Of a DNA stretch of 64,000 bases, positions 1 through 8,236 are shown piece after piece (the stretch's first letter is position 1; each line of letters opens with the position of its first letter). The position numbers and the translations under genes were made by a program. This DNA comes from an uncultured Ignavibacteriales bacterium (GTDB lineage: Bacteria; Zixibacteria; MSB-5A5; GN15; FEB-12): assembly GCA_964397415.1 (NCBI GenBank), contig CAYNIJ010000001.1, positions 389,662 to 453,661 of the forward strand, in the 5' to 3' direction. The notes beneath the pieces are model-generated. The model was not told the DNA's origin. It did no database searches and worked only from the letters and a program-made list of their open reading frames with translations.

Positions 1-2
1 TC

Positions 3-1409
3 AAAGATATTAGCGATCGGCTACCCGACAGCACGCCCTTGAGTGAGCGCATCATTCAGGCGCTCGTGGATGAACCGCCACTTTCTGCACAAAAGGGTGG
101 AATATTCCGTCACGGTTATGCCGAGGCTTTGGATCATCTGAACGATTCGATCAAAGAAGCGCGGTTCTACATCGGGTCCCTTCAGAAGGTGGAACGCGAA
201 CGGACTGGTATCGCGACCCTCAAGGTCGGATTCAATCAGGTCTTCGGTTACTATATCGAGATCACGCGCGCCAATGCTTCGATGGTTCCTCAGGAGTATA
301 TCCGCAAACAAACGCTGGTCAACGCAGAGCGCTATATCACTCCTGAGTTGAAGGAAAAGGAAGAGCTTATCCTTGCGGCCGAAGAGAAGATCAACAAGCT
401 CGAATTCGAGCTCTACCAGCAGTTGATCGACCATCTCAACGGCTCTATCTCCCTGATCCTCACGACCGCCGAAGTGCTGGCCGAGATTGATCTGGTCTCT
501 GCCCTGGCTGATCTGGCAGTGAGGCGAGGCTACTGCTGTCCAGAGATACATGACGACGACCAGTTGGTAATCACCAATGGGCGTCATCCCGTGATCGAGG
601 CGGTCCTTCCGCCGGGTTCATTCGTCGCCAATGACCTGCACAGCTCGATAGAGATAAATCGCATTCTCATTCTGACCGGTCCGAACATGTCGGGCAAGTC
701 AACCTATCTTCGTCAAATTGGCTTGATCGTCATCATGGCGCAGATCGGTTCTTGGGTACCTGCAGACCATGTACATCTTGGGCTGGTCGACAGGGTGTTC
801 ACCCGGGTCGGGGCGCTGGATAACCTTGCACGTGGTCAATCGACTTTTCTGGTCGAGATGATCGAGACAGCCAATATCGTGCATAACGCGACTGAACGAT
901 CGCTGGTGCTTCTGGATGAGGTGGGAAGAGGGACCTCGACCTTCGACGGTCTCTCTGTCGCCTGGTCGGTGGTGGAATATCTGAATGACCAAAAGCGCTC
1001 GCGCACAGTTTTCGCCACACACTACCACGAATTGACCGGCATGGCCGAGATCTATCCGACCGTCCACAATTTCCAGGTCGCTGTCAAGAAATGGGAAGAC
1101 CGAGTGGTCTTTTTGCACAAGATCATTCCGGGCGGATGCGATGATTCGTACGGCATCGAGGTCGCCAAGCTGGCGGGATTACCTCGGCAGACCATCCAAC
1201 GCGCGAAATCGGTTCTGCGGTTGCTTGAGTCCGGGAAATTCACCCAGTCCGAATTGGGGCGGTCACTCTACAAAGAGAAAGTACAGCCATCTCTCTTTGA
1301 TCCCCAGCCGTCGGCACTGGAGACGAAACTGAAAGAGATAGACCTGAATACGCTCTCACCAGTGCAGGCGTTTGACCTGTTGCGCAAGCTGAAAGAGGAG
1401 TTGTCATGA
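3..1409 (+). CDS. mutS: DNA mismatch repair protein MutS, C-terminal ~468 aa (5' end lies upstream of the window)
   Basis: Frame is open from base 3 with no stop before the tracked Met at 39. MutS ATPase motifs GPNMSGKSTYLRQ, STFLVEM, LDEVGRGTSTFDG, FATHYHEL. Stop overlaps the mutL start (ATGA). Confidence 0.95.
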   Translation, partial: KDISDRLPDSTPLSERIIQALVDEPPLSAQKGGIFRHGYAEALDHLNDSIKEARFYIGSLQKVERERTGIATLKVGFNQVFGYYIEITRANASMVPQEYIRKQTLVNAERYITPELKEKEELILAAEEKINKLEFELYQQLIDHLNGSISLILTTAEVLAEIDLVSALADLAVRRGYCCPEIHDDDQLVITNGRHPVIEAVLPPGSFVANDLHSSIEINRILILTGPNMSGKSTYLRQIGLIVIMAQIGSWVPADHVHLGLVDRVFTRVGALDNLARGQSTFLVEMIETANIVHNATERSLVLLDEVGRGTSTFDGLSVAWSVVEYLNDQKRSRTVFATHYHELTGMAEIYPTVHNFQVAVKKWEDRVVFLHKIIPGGCDDSYGIEVAKLAGLPRQTIQRAKSVLRLLESGKFTQSELGRSLYKEKVQPSLFDPQPSALETKLKEIDLNTLSPVQAFDLLRKLKEELS

Positions 1410-3247
1410 GCGCAACTCCGGTCACCCGCCCGATCATCCGTCCACTCCCCGAGCGTCTGATAAATAAGATCGCGGCAGGCGAGGTAGTAGAGCGTCCTGC
1501 GGCGGTCGTCAAAGAACTCGTCGAGAACGCGCTCGATGCTGGCGCGACACGCATTGATATTATCATCGAGCAGTCCGGCTCCAAGCTGATCAAGATCGTC
1601 GACAATGGCTGGGGGATACCGGAGGATCAAATTGAGATCGCCTTCTCCCGGCATGCGACCTCCAAATTGTCCGGGCTATCTGACCTCGAGCGAATTCTCT
1701 CCTACGGCTTCCGCGGCGAAGCGCTGCCGTCGATTGCGTCAGTCTCACGCACACGCATGGTGTCACGGGTGGCGGAGTCACAAGTTGCGACCGAGATTAT
1801 TTACGAAGGGGGCGTGCTCCAATTGAAACGCCCTATCGCCGGTGCGGTCGGGACCACTATCGAGGTCGGTGACCTGTTTTTCAACACTCCCGCGCGAAGA
1901 AAATTCCTGAAAGCGGAATCGACCGAATCGCGACACCTATCGCGCACGGCGACTGCGCTTGCGTTGGCGCGCTACGATGTCGCCTTCTCTTACACCCTGA
2001 ATGGGCGCCAGATATTCTCGGTGGGAGCAGGATCACTGCGCGACCGTGTTGCCGCCCTTCTCGGCTACGGTAAGCAGTTGTTGGAATTGTCCGCCGAGAC
2101 AGGCGCGGTCCGGCTCCAGGGCTTTATCGGCAAACCGGATCACGCGACCAACAACCGTTGGGGTCACTATATCTTCATTAATGGCCGGTATATCCACTCA
2201 ACCACATTCTCGCATGCGCTCTCCGCGGGATTCGGTGAAATGCTGCCGAAAGGACTCTATCCGGTCGGCGCAATTCTCCTGCAGGTGGAACCGACCGAAG
2301 TCGATGTTAATGTACATCCCGCCAAGACCGAGGTCCGGCTCTCGAAAGAGCGTGAGATTTATGACGCCATCTATCATGCGGTCAAAGCCGCCTCGCGCCA
2401 GGATGGAGTCATTCCTGTCTTCTTAACTCCACCCGCGCAATCCGCCGGCGGCCAGCAGTCTTTTGCGCCGCAATCCCCACCTGCTCGGCAGGGATATATC
2501 CCCGGCATCTCCGGAAGTCAGCGTACCAACCATGAGATGATGACAGAGCTCTACCGCCCCATGTCGCCAACAGGCTCGCAATCCTCCGGCATAATAAAAG
2601 TAGACAGCGCGACAGGGGAGATCATTGAGTCCGAGCCGCCGAACGCGGCACCGGTCTCACCAGACACCGGCCCTTCAGCAGGAATCAGGTTGGTTGGCCG
2701 ATTTTCCGACCTCTATCTGATTCTGCAAGCAGGAGAGGATCTGTACATCGTCGATCAGCATACTGCACACGAGCGCGTCCTGTACGAAGAGACCATGCGT
2801 CGTCTGGAGCGGCAATCAATCATCGGGCAGCAGCTTTTACTTCCGGTGCAGCTTGAGCTGACCCCCGAGAGGTTCTCGCTTTTCGTCGAAGCCGAAGATC
2901 TGATTAACAAGTCGGGTTTTGTGGTGGCTCCTTTTGGCGGGAGAATGATTTCCATTGAGGCCGTCCCCGTGATCCTGTCGCGCAAATCGCCCGAAAAGAT
3001 ATTTACCAAAGTACTCGATGACATCGGCTCGTTGACCAAAGGGGGGTATGACTTAAAAAAGGCGATGGCCCAATCTATCGCCTGTCGCGCGGCGGTGATG
3101 TCTGGAGACCGCTTGAACGATGACGAGGCGATAGGCCTGCTTCAACAACTTCTCCAATGCGAAAACAAATACTCCTGTCCGCACGGACGTCCCACGTTCA
3201 TCAAGATCAATCGAGGCGACCTTGACCGCCAATTTGGACGATGCTGA
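1406..3247 (+). CDS. mutL: DNA mismatch repair endonuclease MutL
   Basis: GHKL ATPase N-terminus (AAGEVVERPAAVVKELVENALDAGA, DNGWGI, GFRGEAL). C-terminal endonuclease-type motifs DQHTAHERVLYE and CPHGRP. ATGA-coupled to mutS. Confidence 0.95.
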   Translation: MSATPVTRPIIRPLPERLINKIAAGEVVERPAAVVKELVENALDAGATRIDIIIEQSGSKLIKIVDNGWGIPEDQIEIAFSRHATSKLSGLSDLERILSYGFRGEALPSIASVSRTRMVSRVAESQVATEIIYEGGVLQLKRPIAGAVGTTIEVGDLFFNTPARRKFLKAESTESRHLSRTATALALARYDVAFSYTLNGRQIFSVGAGSLRDRVAALLGYGKQLLELSAETGAVRLQGFIGKPDHATNNRWGHYIFINGRYIHSTTFSHALSAGFGEMLPKGLYPVGAILLQVEPTEVDVNVHPAKTEVRLSKEREIYDAIYHAVKAASRQDGVIPVFLTPPAQSAGGQQSFAPQSPPARQGYIPGISGSQRTNHEMMTELYRPMSPTGSQSSGIIKVDSATGEIIESEPPNAAPVSPDTGPSAGIRLVGRFSDLYLILQAGEDLYIVDQHTAHERVLYEETMRRLERQSIIGQQLLLPVQLELTPERFSLFVEAEDLINKSGFVVAPFGGRMISIEAVPVILSRKSPEKIFTKVLDDIGSLTKGGYDLKKAMAQSIACRAAVMSGDRLNDDEAIGLLQQLLQCENKYSCPHGRPTFIKINRGDLDRQFGRC

Positions 3248-4148
3248 GTCGCGGCCGATCCCGATAATCTGCGGGCCGACCGGGTCCGGCAAATCGGCGG
3301 TCGCGATGGAACTGGCGCAGTCAGGACCGTACGAGATCATTTCGGCCGATTCCCGCCAACTCGTTCGTTATCTCGATATTGGCACCGCCAAACCAGCCGC
3401 CGAAGATCGCGCTCGAGTACCTCATCACCTGATAGATATCATCGAACCGGGTGAACGATACAGCGCGTTTCGCTTCATCGGCGACGCTACCAGGGTGATC
3501 GGCGAGGTTCTCAAGCGGGGGAATCTTCCGCTCCTCGTCGGCGGTACAGGGCTTTATCTGAGAGCACTCACTGATGGCGTTGTCGAGATTCAGCAAGCGG
3601 ACATGGATCTGCGTCTGAAACTTGAAGCTGAGTTGGAAGCGATCGGGCCGGAAGCGATGCATGAACGGTTGAAGCAAATCGATCCTTTGGAAGCGGCCAA
3701 GATACATCCCAATAATCGAGTGCGTCTCCTGCGTGCGCTGGAGATCTTTGAACTGACCGGAAAAACCAAGTCCGAGGTGACTGCTACCGGGAATTATCGC
3801 AAGGCGAACTATATGTTTCAATACTACTGTCTCAACCCGGAACGTCCGTGGCTGTATGAATGTATCAACCAGCGGGTAGAGAGGATGCTGGAATCCGGGT
3901 GGCTGAAAGAGGTCGAGCGGCTGGTTAAACAAGGGATGACAGACCGCATTCGTCGGTCAGCGATCATTGGGTACAGTGAACTTCTGGACGTCTTGGAAGG
4001 AAAGATGGATCTGGAGCAGGCGACCGGAGAAATCAAGCAGGAGACGCGCAGGTATGCTAAACGGCAGGTAACCTGGTTCGCCCGACAGGTGGGGTGTCGC
4101 TATTATCCTATCGCAGAAGAGCTTAGGAAGGCTCTAGTAGAGGAGTAA
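3222..4148 (+). CDS. miaA: tRNA dimethylallyltransferase MiaA
   Basis: P-loop GPTGSGKS, DSRQLVRYLDIGTAKP and GGTGLYLRAL are typical MiaA motifs. TTG start at 3222 (an in-frame TTG at 3234 is also possible). Overlaps the mutL 3' end. Confidence 0.9.
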   Translation: MTANLDDAESRPIPIICGPTGSGKSAVAMELAQSGPYEIISADSRQLVRYLDIGTAKPAAEDRARVPHHLIDIIEPGERYSAFRFIGDATRVIGEVLKRGNLPLLVGGTGLYLRALTDGVVEIQQADMDLRLKLEAELEAIGPEAMHERLKQIDPLEAAKIHPNNRVRLLRALEIFELTGKTKSEVTATGNYRKANYMFQYYCLNPERPWLYECINQRVERMLESGWLKEVERLVKQGMTDRIRRSAIIGYSELLDVLEGKMDLEQATGEIKQETRRYAKRQVTWFARQVGCRYYPIAEELRKALVEE

Positions 4149-4302
4149 GTTTTTTGTTGCCTCCTCATCCGTTCCGGTCTTTCTTCCGTATCAGTTATAT
4201 GGCAATGGGTTAGCGATTAGGGCAACCTTAAGTACTGCGGGTCGTCAGCCGATAATAGGAGGTAGGCACCTGAAACCCAACATAGCTACAGGATAGTTTC
4301 TG

Positions 4303-6510
4303 ATGTTTGACAAGAAGCCAAGTGCTCAATCGTGTCGGATATGGCTATTGCCAGCCTTAATTCTGTTGCTGGGTCTGTTGGGCGGCTGCTCGAGCGGTCG
4401 TGCCGGGTCCGACAATTCCCGCTTCCGCGGTGAGACCCGTAAACAGACTCCATCTTCACCAGACCAATCCAGGAAGACCGGCACAGTCGCGGACCAACCG
4501 ATCAATGCTGAAGATACTCTCCTCGCCGAAGAAAACGGCTACGAGATCAACGGTTTCACTGCACCGGTCCCTGGCCCATACCAGCCGTCCGCAAGTGAAA
4601 CGAACGATTATGGCCCTGAGTCCGATGAGTTCTGGGCGGCCATCCAGCGCGCGGAAGAATACCACACGATGGGTGTTCTGGCGAACCGCGAAGGGAGTTG
4701 GGAAGAAGCGCAGTATTATTTCGAGCGCGGCCTCGGCACTCTCGCGGATCTCGATTTTGTGACCGATTCCCAGTTGACTCCCGAAGCGGTCAAGTATTCC
4801 ACGTTGGTCGATAATATCATAAACGACTATCGCGTGTCGCTTCGCTCGTTGGGACGTCTGGATGATGAAGCGGCGCCATCCGCCATCATCGAACGCTTCG
4901 GCGACATTGAAGAGAATATCCGTCAGGACTCCATGAAGGTCTTCGATGGAGAACTGCCTCCCGTCTCTTACGATCTCCCGCTCGAGATGAATAATCGCGT
5001 CAAGAAATCCATCGTCTATTTCCAGACCGTGGCCAAAGACGCGTTCACGCGATACCTGACACGCTCCAAAAGGTACGAGTCTCTGTTCAAGACAACACTT
5101 TCCAAACATGGATTGCCGCATGATCTGGTTTATCTCTGTTTAGTTGAATCCGGATACAATCCCCATGCCTATTCCTGGGCGCGCGCGATGGGACTCTGGC
5201 AGTTCATCGCCTCGACCGGTAAGATCTACGGGTTGGAACGGAACTGGTGGATCGACGAACGCAAAGATCCGGTCAAAGCGACCGATGCCGCCGCCCGGTT
5301 CCTGAAAGAGCTCTATCAGAAGTTTGGCCAATGGGATCTGGCAATGGCTGCGTACAACGGAGGGCCGGGTCGTGTCGATCGAACGATCAAAGCACAAAAG
5401 ACAAAAGATTTCTGGAAGCTTCGTCTGCGACAGCAGACCATGGACTATGTGCCGCTCATCTACGCGGCTACCTATATAGCGAAAGAGCCTGAGAAATACG
5501 GCTTCACGAACATCCAGTACGAACCGGAACTGCAGTGGGATGAGGTCACGATCGACCGTCCATTAGAACTGTCAACTGTCGCGTTCGCGCTCGGATGTTC
5601 CTCAGAGGAGCTGAAAACGCTCAATCCGGAACTGTTGCGCAGTGTGACGCCGCCCAACACGAAAGACTATGTGCTCAAGGTCCCGGCGGGTATGCGCTCG
5701 AAATTCCTTGCTGCCTATGATTCAATGGAATCGGCTAAGACCGCGACCTGGGCAAGACACAAGGTCAAAAAGAAAGAAACGCTGGCGAAGATCGCCAATC
5801 GGTACGGCGTCAGCCAGTACGCGATTCTCGAGGCAAACAACCTGTCCAAGGGAACCAAGCTGAAATCGGGGACCGAGTTGATCATCCCGGTGCCGGCCGG
5901 ACAGGGCTCCTCCAGTTCGGGGGCCGCTTCACGTCGCGAATACAATTCGTCAGGCGGAGTCTATACTGTGCGCTCCGGCGATACGATGTGGGACATTGCC
6001 AAAGCCTTTGGCGTTTCAACCGATGATCTGCGCCGTCTCAATTATCTTGGTGCCAATGCTCACCTGAAGATTGGCCAGAAGCTGAAACTGCCGTCGTACG
6101 CCGACTCCGGCTCCGAGAAGCAGAGCGCTCCGGTGTCGACCCCGAAGACCGGGAAGTCGACGAGTTCGACCATGGCCAAAAAGAGCGCCAACCCCAAAGT
6201 CTACGTGGTGAAGTCCGGAGACACCATTTCAGAGATCGCCAAGCGTTTTGGGACTTCCACCAGCAAGATCCGCAAGATCAACAAGATGGGGAAGAGCTCC
6301 CGCATCTTCGTGGGTCAGCAGTTGGTGGTGAGTGAAGGGGCGACCGCCGCGGAAACAGAGTACGTCGTGTATCAGGTTCGACGCGGCGATACGCTGGGCG
6401 AAATTGCGGCAAAGTACCGAACGACGGTATCGAAGATCCTGGCAGATAATAACTCGCTTGACCCGCTCTCCTTGCGGATCGGCGAACAGATCAGAATATA
6501 TACGGACTAA
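4303..6510 (+). CDS. Membrane-bound lytic murein transglycosylase (MltD-like lipoprotein) with four C-terminal LysM domains
   Basis: Lipobox LLGGC after a hydrophobic leader. SLT catalytic region VESGYNPHAYSWARAMGLWQF...AYNGGPG. Four LysM-like repeats (e.g. YTVRSGDTMWDIAKAFGV, YVVKSGDTISEIAKRFG, YQVRRGDTLGEIAAKY). Confidence 0.85.
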   Translation: MFDKKPSAQSCRIWLLPALILLLGLLGGCSSGRAGSDNSRFRGETRKQTPSSPDQSRKTGTVADQPINAEDTLLAEENGYEINGFTAPVPGPYQPSASETNDYGPESDEFWAAIQRAEEYHTMGVLANREGSWEEAQYYFERGLGTLADLDFVTDSQLTPEAVKYSTLVDNIINDYRVSLRSLGRLDDEAAPSAIIERFGDIEENIRQDSMKVFDGELPPVSYDLPLEMNNRVKKSIVYFQTVAKDAFTRYLTRSKRYESLFKTTLSKHGLPHDLVYLCLVESGYNPHAYSWARAMGLWQFIASTGKIYGLERNWWIDERKDPVKATDAAARFLKELYQKFGQWDLAMAAYNGGPGRVDRTIKAQKTKDFWKLRLRQQTMDYVPLIYAATYIAKEPEKYGFTNIQYEPELQWDEVTIDRPLELSTVAFALGCSSEELKTLNPELLRSVTPPNTKDYVLKVPAGMRSKFLAAYDSMESAKTATWARHKVKKKETLAKIANRYGVSQYAILEANNLSKGTKLKSGTELIIPVPAGQGSSSSGAASRREYNSSGGVYTVRSGDTMWDIAKAFGVSTDDLRRLNYLGANAHLKIGQKLKLPSYADSGSEKQSAPVSTPKTGKSTSSTMAKKSANPKVYVVKSGDTISEIAKRFGTSTSKIRKINKMGKSSRIFVGQQLVVSEGATAAETEYVVYQVRRGDTLGEIAAKYRTTVSKILADNNSLDPLSLRIGEQIRIYTD

Positions 6511-6525
6511 CGGGCAAGTACTACA

Positions 6526-7431
6526 ATGGCACGACGTCGCGATGTGATCATCGGAGTGATCATTGCCGTGGGGGGACTCATGGCAATCGGTATGTTTGCG
6601 CTGATGATGTTCGGCATGGCCGCATCATCGGGTGGTTTTGAATTCGGTTCCATGGGTGGAAATGGTATCGGCGTTATCGAGGTCTCCGGGCCGATCGATG
6701 ATGAAATGGCTCGCCAGGTGATCCGCCAGCTTGAACGATTCACCGACAACAGCTCGGTTGAGGCTATCGTCGTCCATGTGAACTCACCGGGCGGCGGAGT
6801 GGCCCCTTCGCAAGAGATATACGACGCTATACTGCGGGCGCGGGATGAAAAGCCCGTGGTGGTTTCCATGGCCTCTGTGGCCGCGTCCGGAGGCTATTAT
6901 ATAGCATGCGCAGGTGATAGAATTGTCGCCAATCCCGGGACTCTTACCGGGTCGATCGGCGTCATTTTCCAATTTCACACTTTTCAGGATTTGATGGGGA
7001 AAGTCGGTATCGGGACCGAGACTATCAAATCCGGCGAGCTCAAGGATGTCGGCTCCTATGCCCGTCCGATGACCGACAAAGAGCGGGAGATGCTCAATTC
7101 GGTCGTTCAATCGACATACGAGCAGTTTGTCGAAGTGGTCGCCAGCAGTCGCGAGAAGGAAAAGATGGAGATCTATCCACTGGCGGATGGCTCTGTCTAT
7201 ACTGGCTTGCAGGCCTATAACTTAGGCCTAATTGACACGCTCGGCGGATTACACGAAGCCGTCAATTTGGCGGCTGATCTGGCTGAAATTACAGGTGAGC
7301 CGACGGTCATTCGGCCGACCTATCGGGAAAAGGTTTCCATCTTCGACCTGCTTGGGGAGACTCTCTCCAAGGTCAATGAGGCGGTGGACCAGCGGGTGTC
7401 GGGCCCAAGTCTGCTCTATCTGTACCAGTGA
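6526..7431 (+). CDS. sppA: Signal peptide peptidase SppA (36K type)
   Basis: N-terminal TM helix, then ClpP/crotonase-like S49 motifs (INSPGGGV, ASVAASGGYYIA, GSIGV, GELKD). Confidence 0.85.
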   Translation: MARRRDVIIGVIIAVGGLMAIGMFALMMFGMAASSGGFEFGSMGGNGIGVIEVSGPIDDEMARQVIRQLERFTDNSSVEAIVVHVNSPGGGVAPSQEIYDAILRARDEKPVVVSMASVAASGGYYIACAGDRIVANPGTLTGSIGVIFQFHTFQDLMGKVGIGTETIKSGELKDVGSYARPMTDKEREMLNSVVQSTYEQFVEVVASSREKEKMEIYPLADGSVYTGLQAYNLGLIDTLGGLHEAVNLAADLAEITGEPTVIRPTYREKVSIFDLLGETLSKVNEAVDQRVSGPSLLYLYQ

Positions 7432-7634
7432 GTTAGCGGCCATTTTTCTGGCCGTTGTCGCAAAAAAAGATAGACAAATCACGAATTTTCTCTTTTTTTC
7501 CCGTTATCGTTTATTATCTTCCAGCGCCCCAAACGTTTATGGATTTCGCGGGCTGGGCACGGCTGGAGGCCATGAGGAGAGCATCAGGAGATGAATAACA
7601 GACACTCTACACATAACCGTCGAGGGAGGACGCT

Positions 7635-7919
7635 GTGACAAAAGCGGACCTAGTCGAGAAAGTGGCTGAAAAGACCGGCCTTACGCGCACGGACGTAGCC
7701 GTAGTTGTTGACTCGTTTCTTGATACGGTGAAAAAATCGGTCGAGAATGGTCACAACATCGAGATTCGAGGGTTTGGTACTTTCAAGATCAAACTGCGCA
7801 AAGCACGCAAGGCGCGCAACCCGCGCACTGGCGATGTGGTGCCGGTTCCGGATCGGAAAGTACCGGTCTTCAAACCGTCGAACGAATTTAAAAACATGAT
7901 CACTAAACTGTCACTGTAA
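7635..7919 (+). CDS. HU/IHF-family nucleoid-associated DNA-binding protein
   Basis: GTG start preceded by GAGGGAGGA. Family motifs IEIRGFGTFKIK...ARNPRTGD..VPV....PVFKPS. 94 aa. Confidence 0.9.
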   Translation: MTKADLVEKVAEKTGLTRTDVAVVVDSFLDTVKKSVENGHNIEIRGFGTFKIKLRKARKARNPRTGDVVPVPDRKVPVFKPSNEFKNMITKLSL

Positions 7920-7946
7920 CCTATTGCAACGCTGTATGGAGGATGA

Positions 7947-8042
7947 ATGCCCTGCGGACGAAAGCGGAAACGGCATAAAATCAATACGCATAAGCGCAAA
8001 AAACGTAGACGCGCTGACCGCCACAAAAAGAAACTTCGCTAA
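7947..8042 (+). CDS. 31-aa extremely basic protein MPCGRKRKRHKINTHKRKKRRRADRHKKKLR (bS22 / AURKAIP1-COX24-like small ribosomal-type protein)
   Basis: Not in the ORF track because it is under 60 aa. ATG at 7947 lies 4 nt after GGAGG (7938-7942), 27 nt downstream of the HU stop. The K/R/H-rich pattern KRKRHK..THKRKKR resembles ~30-aa basic proteins annotated this way in other bacteria (from memory). Confidence 0.6.
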   Translation: MPCGRKRKRHKINTHKRKKRRRADRHKKKLR

Positions 8043-8192
8043 TTGATATGCCGGAAGAACTTCCCTAGCGAAAAGGGAAGTGGTTTCCCGTTGGAGCTTT
8101 CTTCAACGGATGCAGCCGGTGACTCACCCAGGCTCGCATTCGTGCAAGGGTAATAGCCACAACAGCTTCTCGGTAAGATTCGAAGTCATGAT

Positions 8193-8221
8193 GCCCACTC
8201 GAAAGAGTGGGCATTTTTCTT
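8193..8221 (+). terminator. Rho-independent terminator
   Basis: GCCCACTC-GAAA-GAGTGGGC perfect 8-bp stem with a GNRA-type loop, followed by ATTTTTCTT. Confidence 0.75.
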
Positions 8222-8236
8222 GCCATTACTCTAGTG

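Noticed and set aside
8043-8192. Considered as SRP (4.5S) RNA because of CCAGG...AGCCA and a tetraloop hairpin
   Set aside because: The helix-8 symmetric-loop signature (CAGG / AGCA flanking a GNRA loop on a continuous stem) cannot be formed. Only a 3-bp UUCG hairpin is present. The segment is kept only as a generic structured-RNA candidate.
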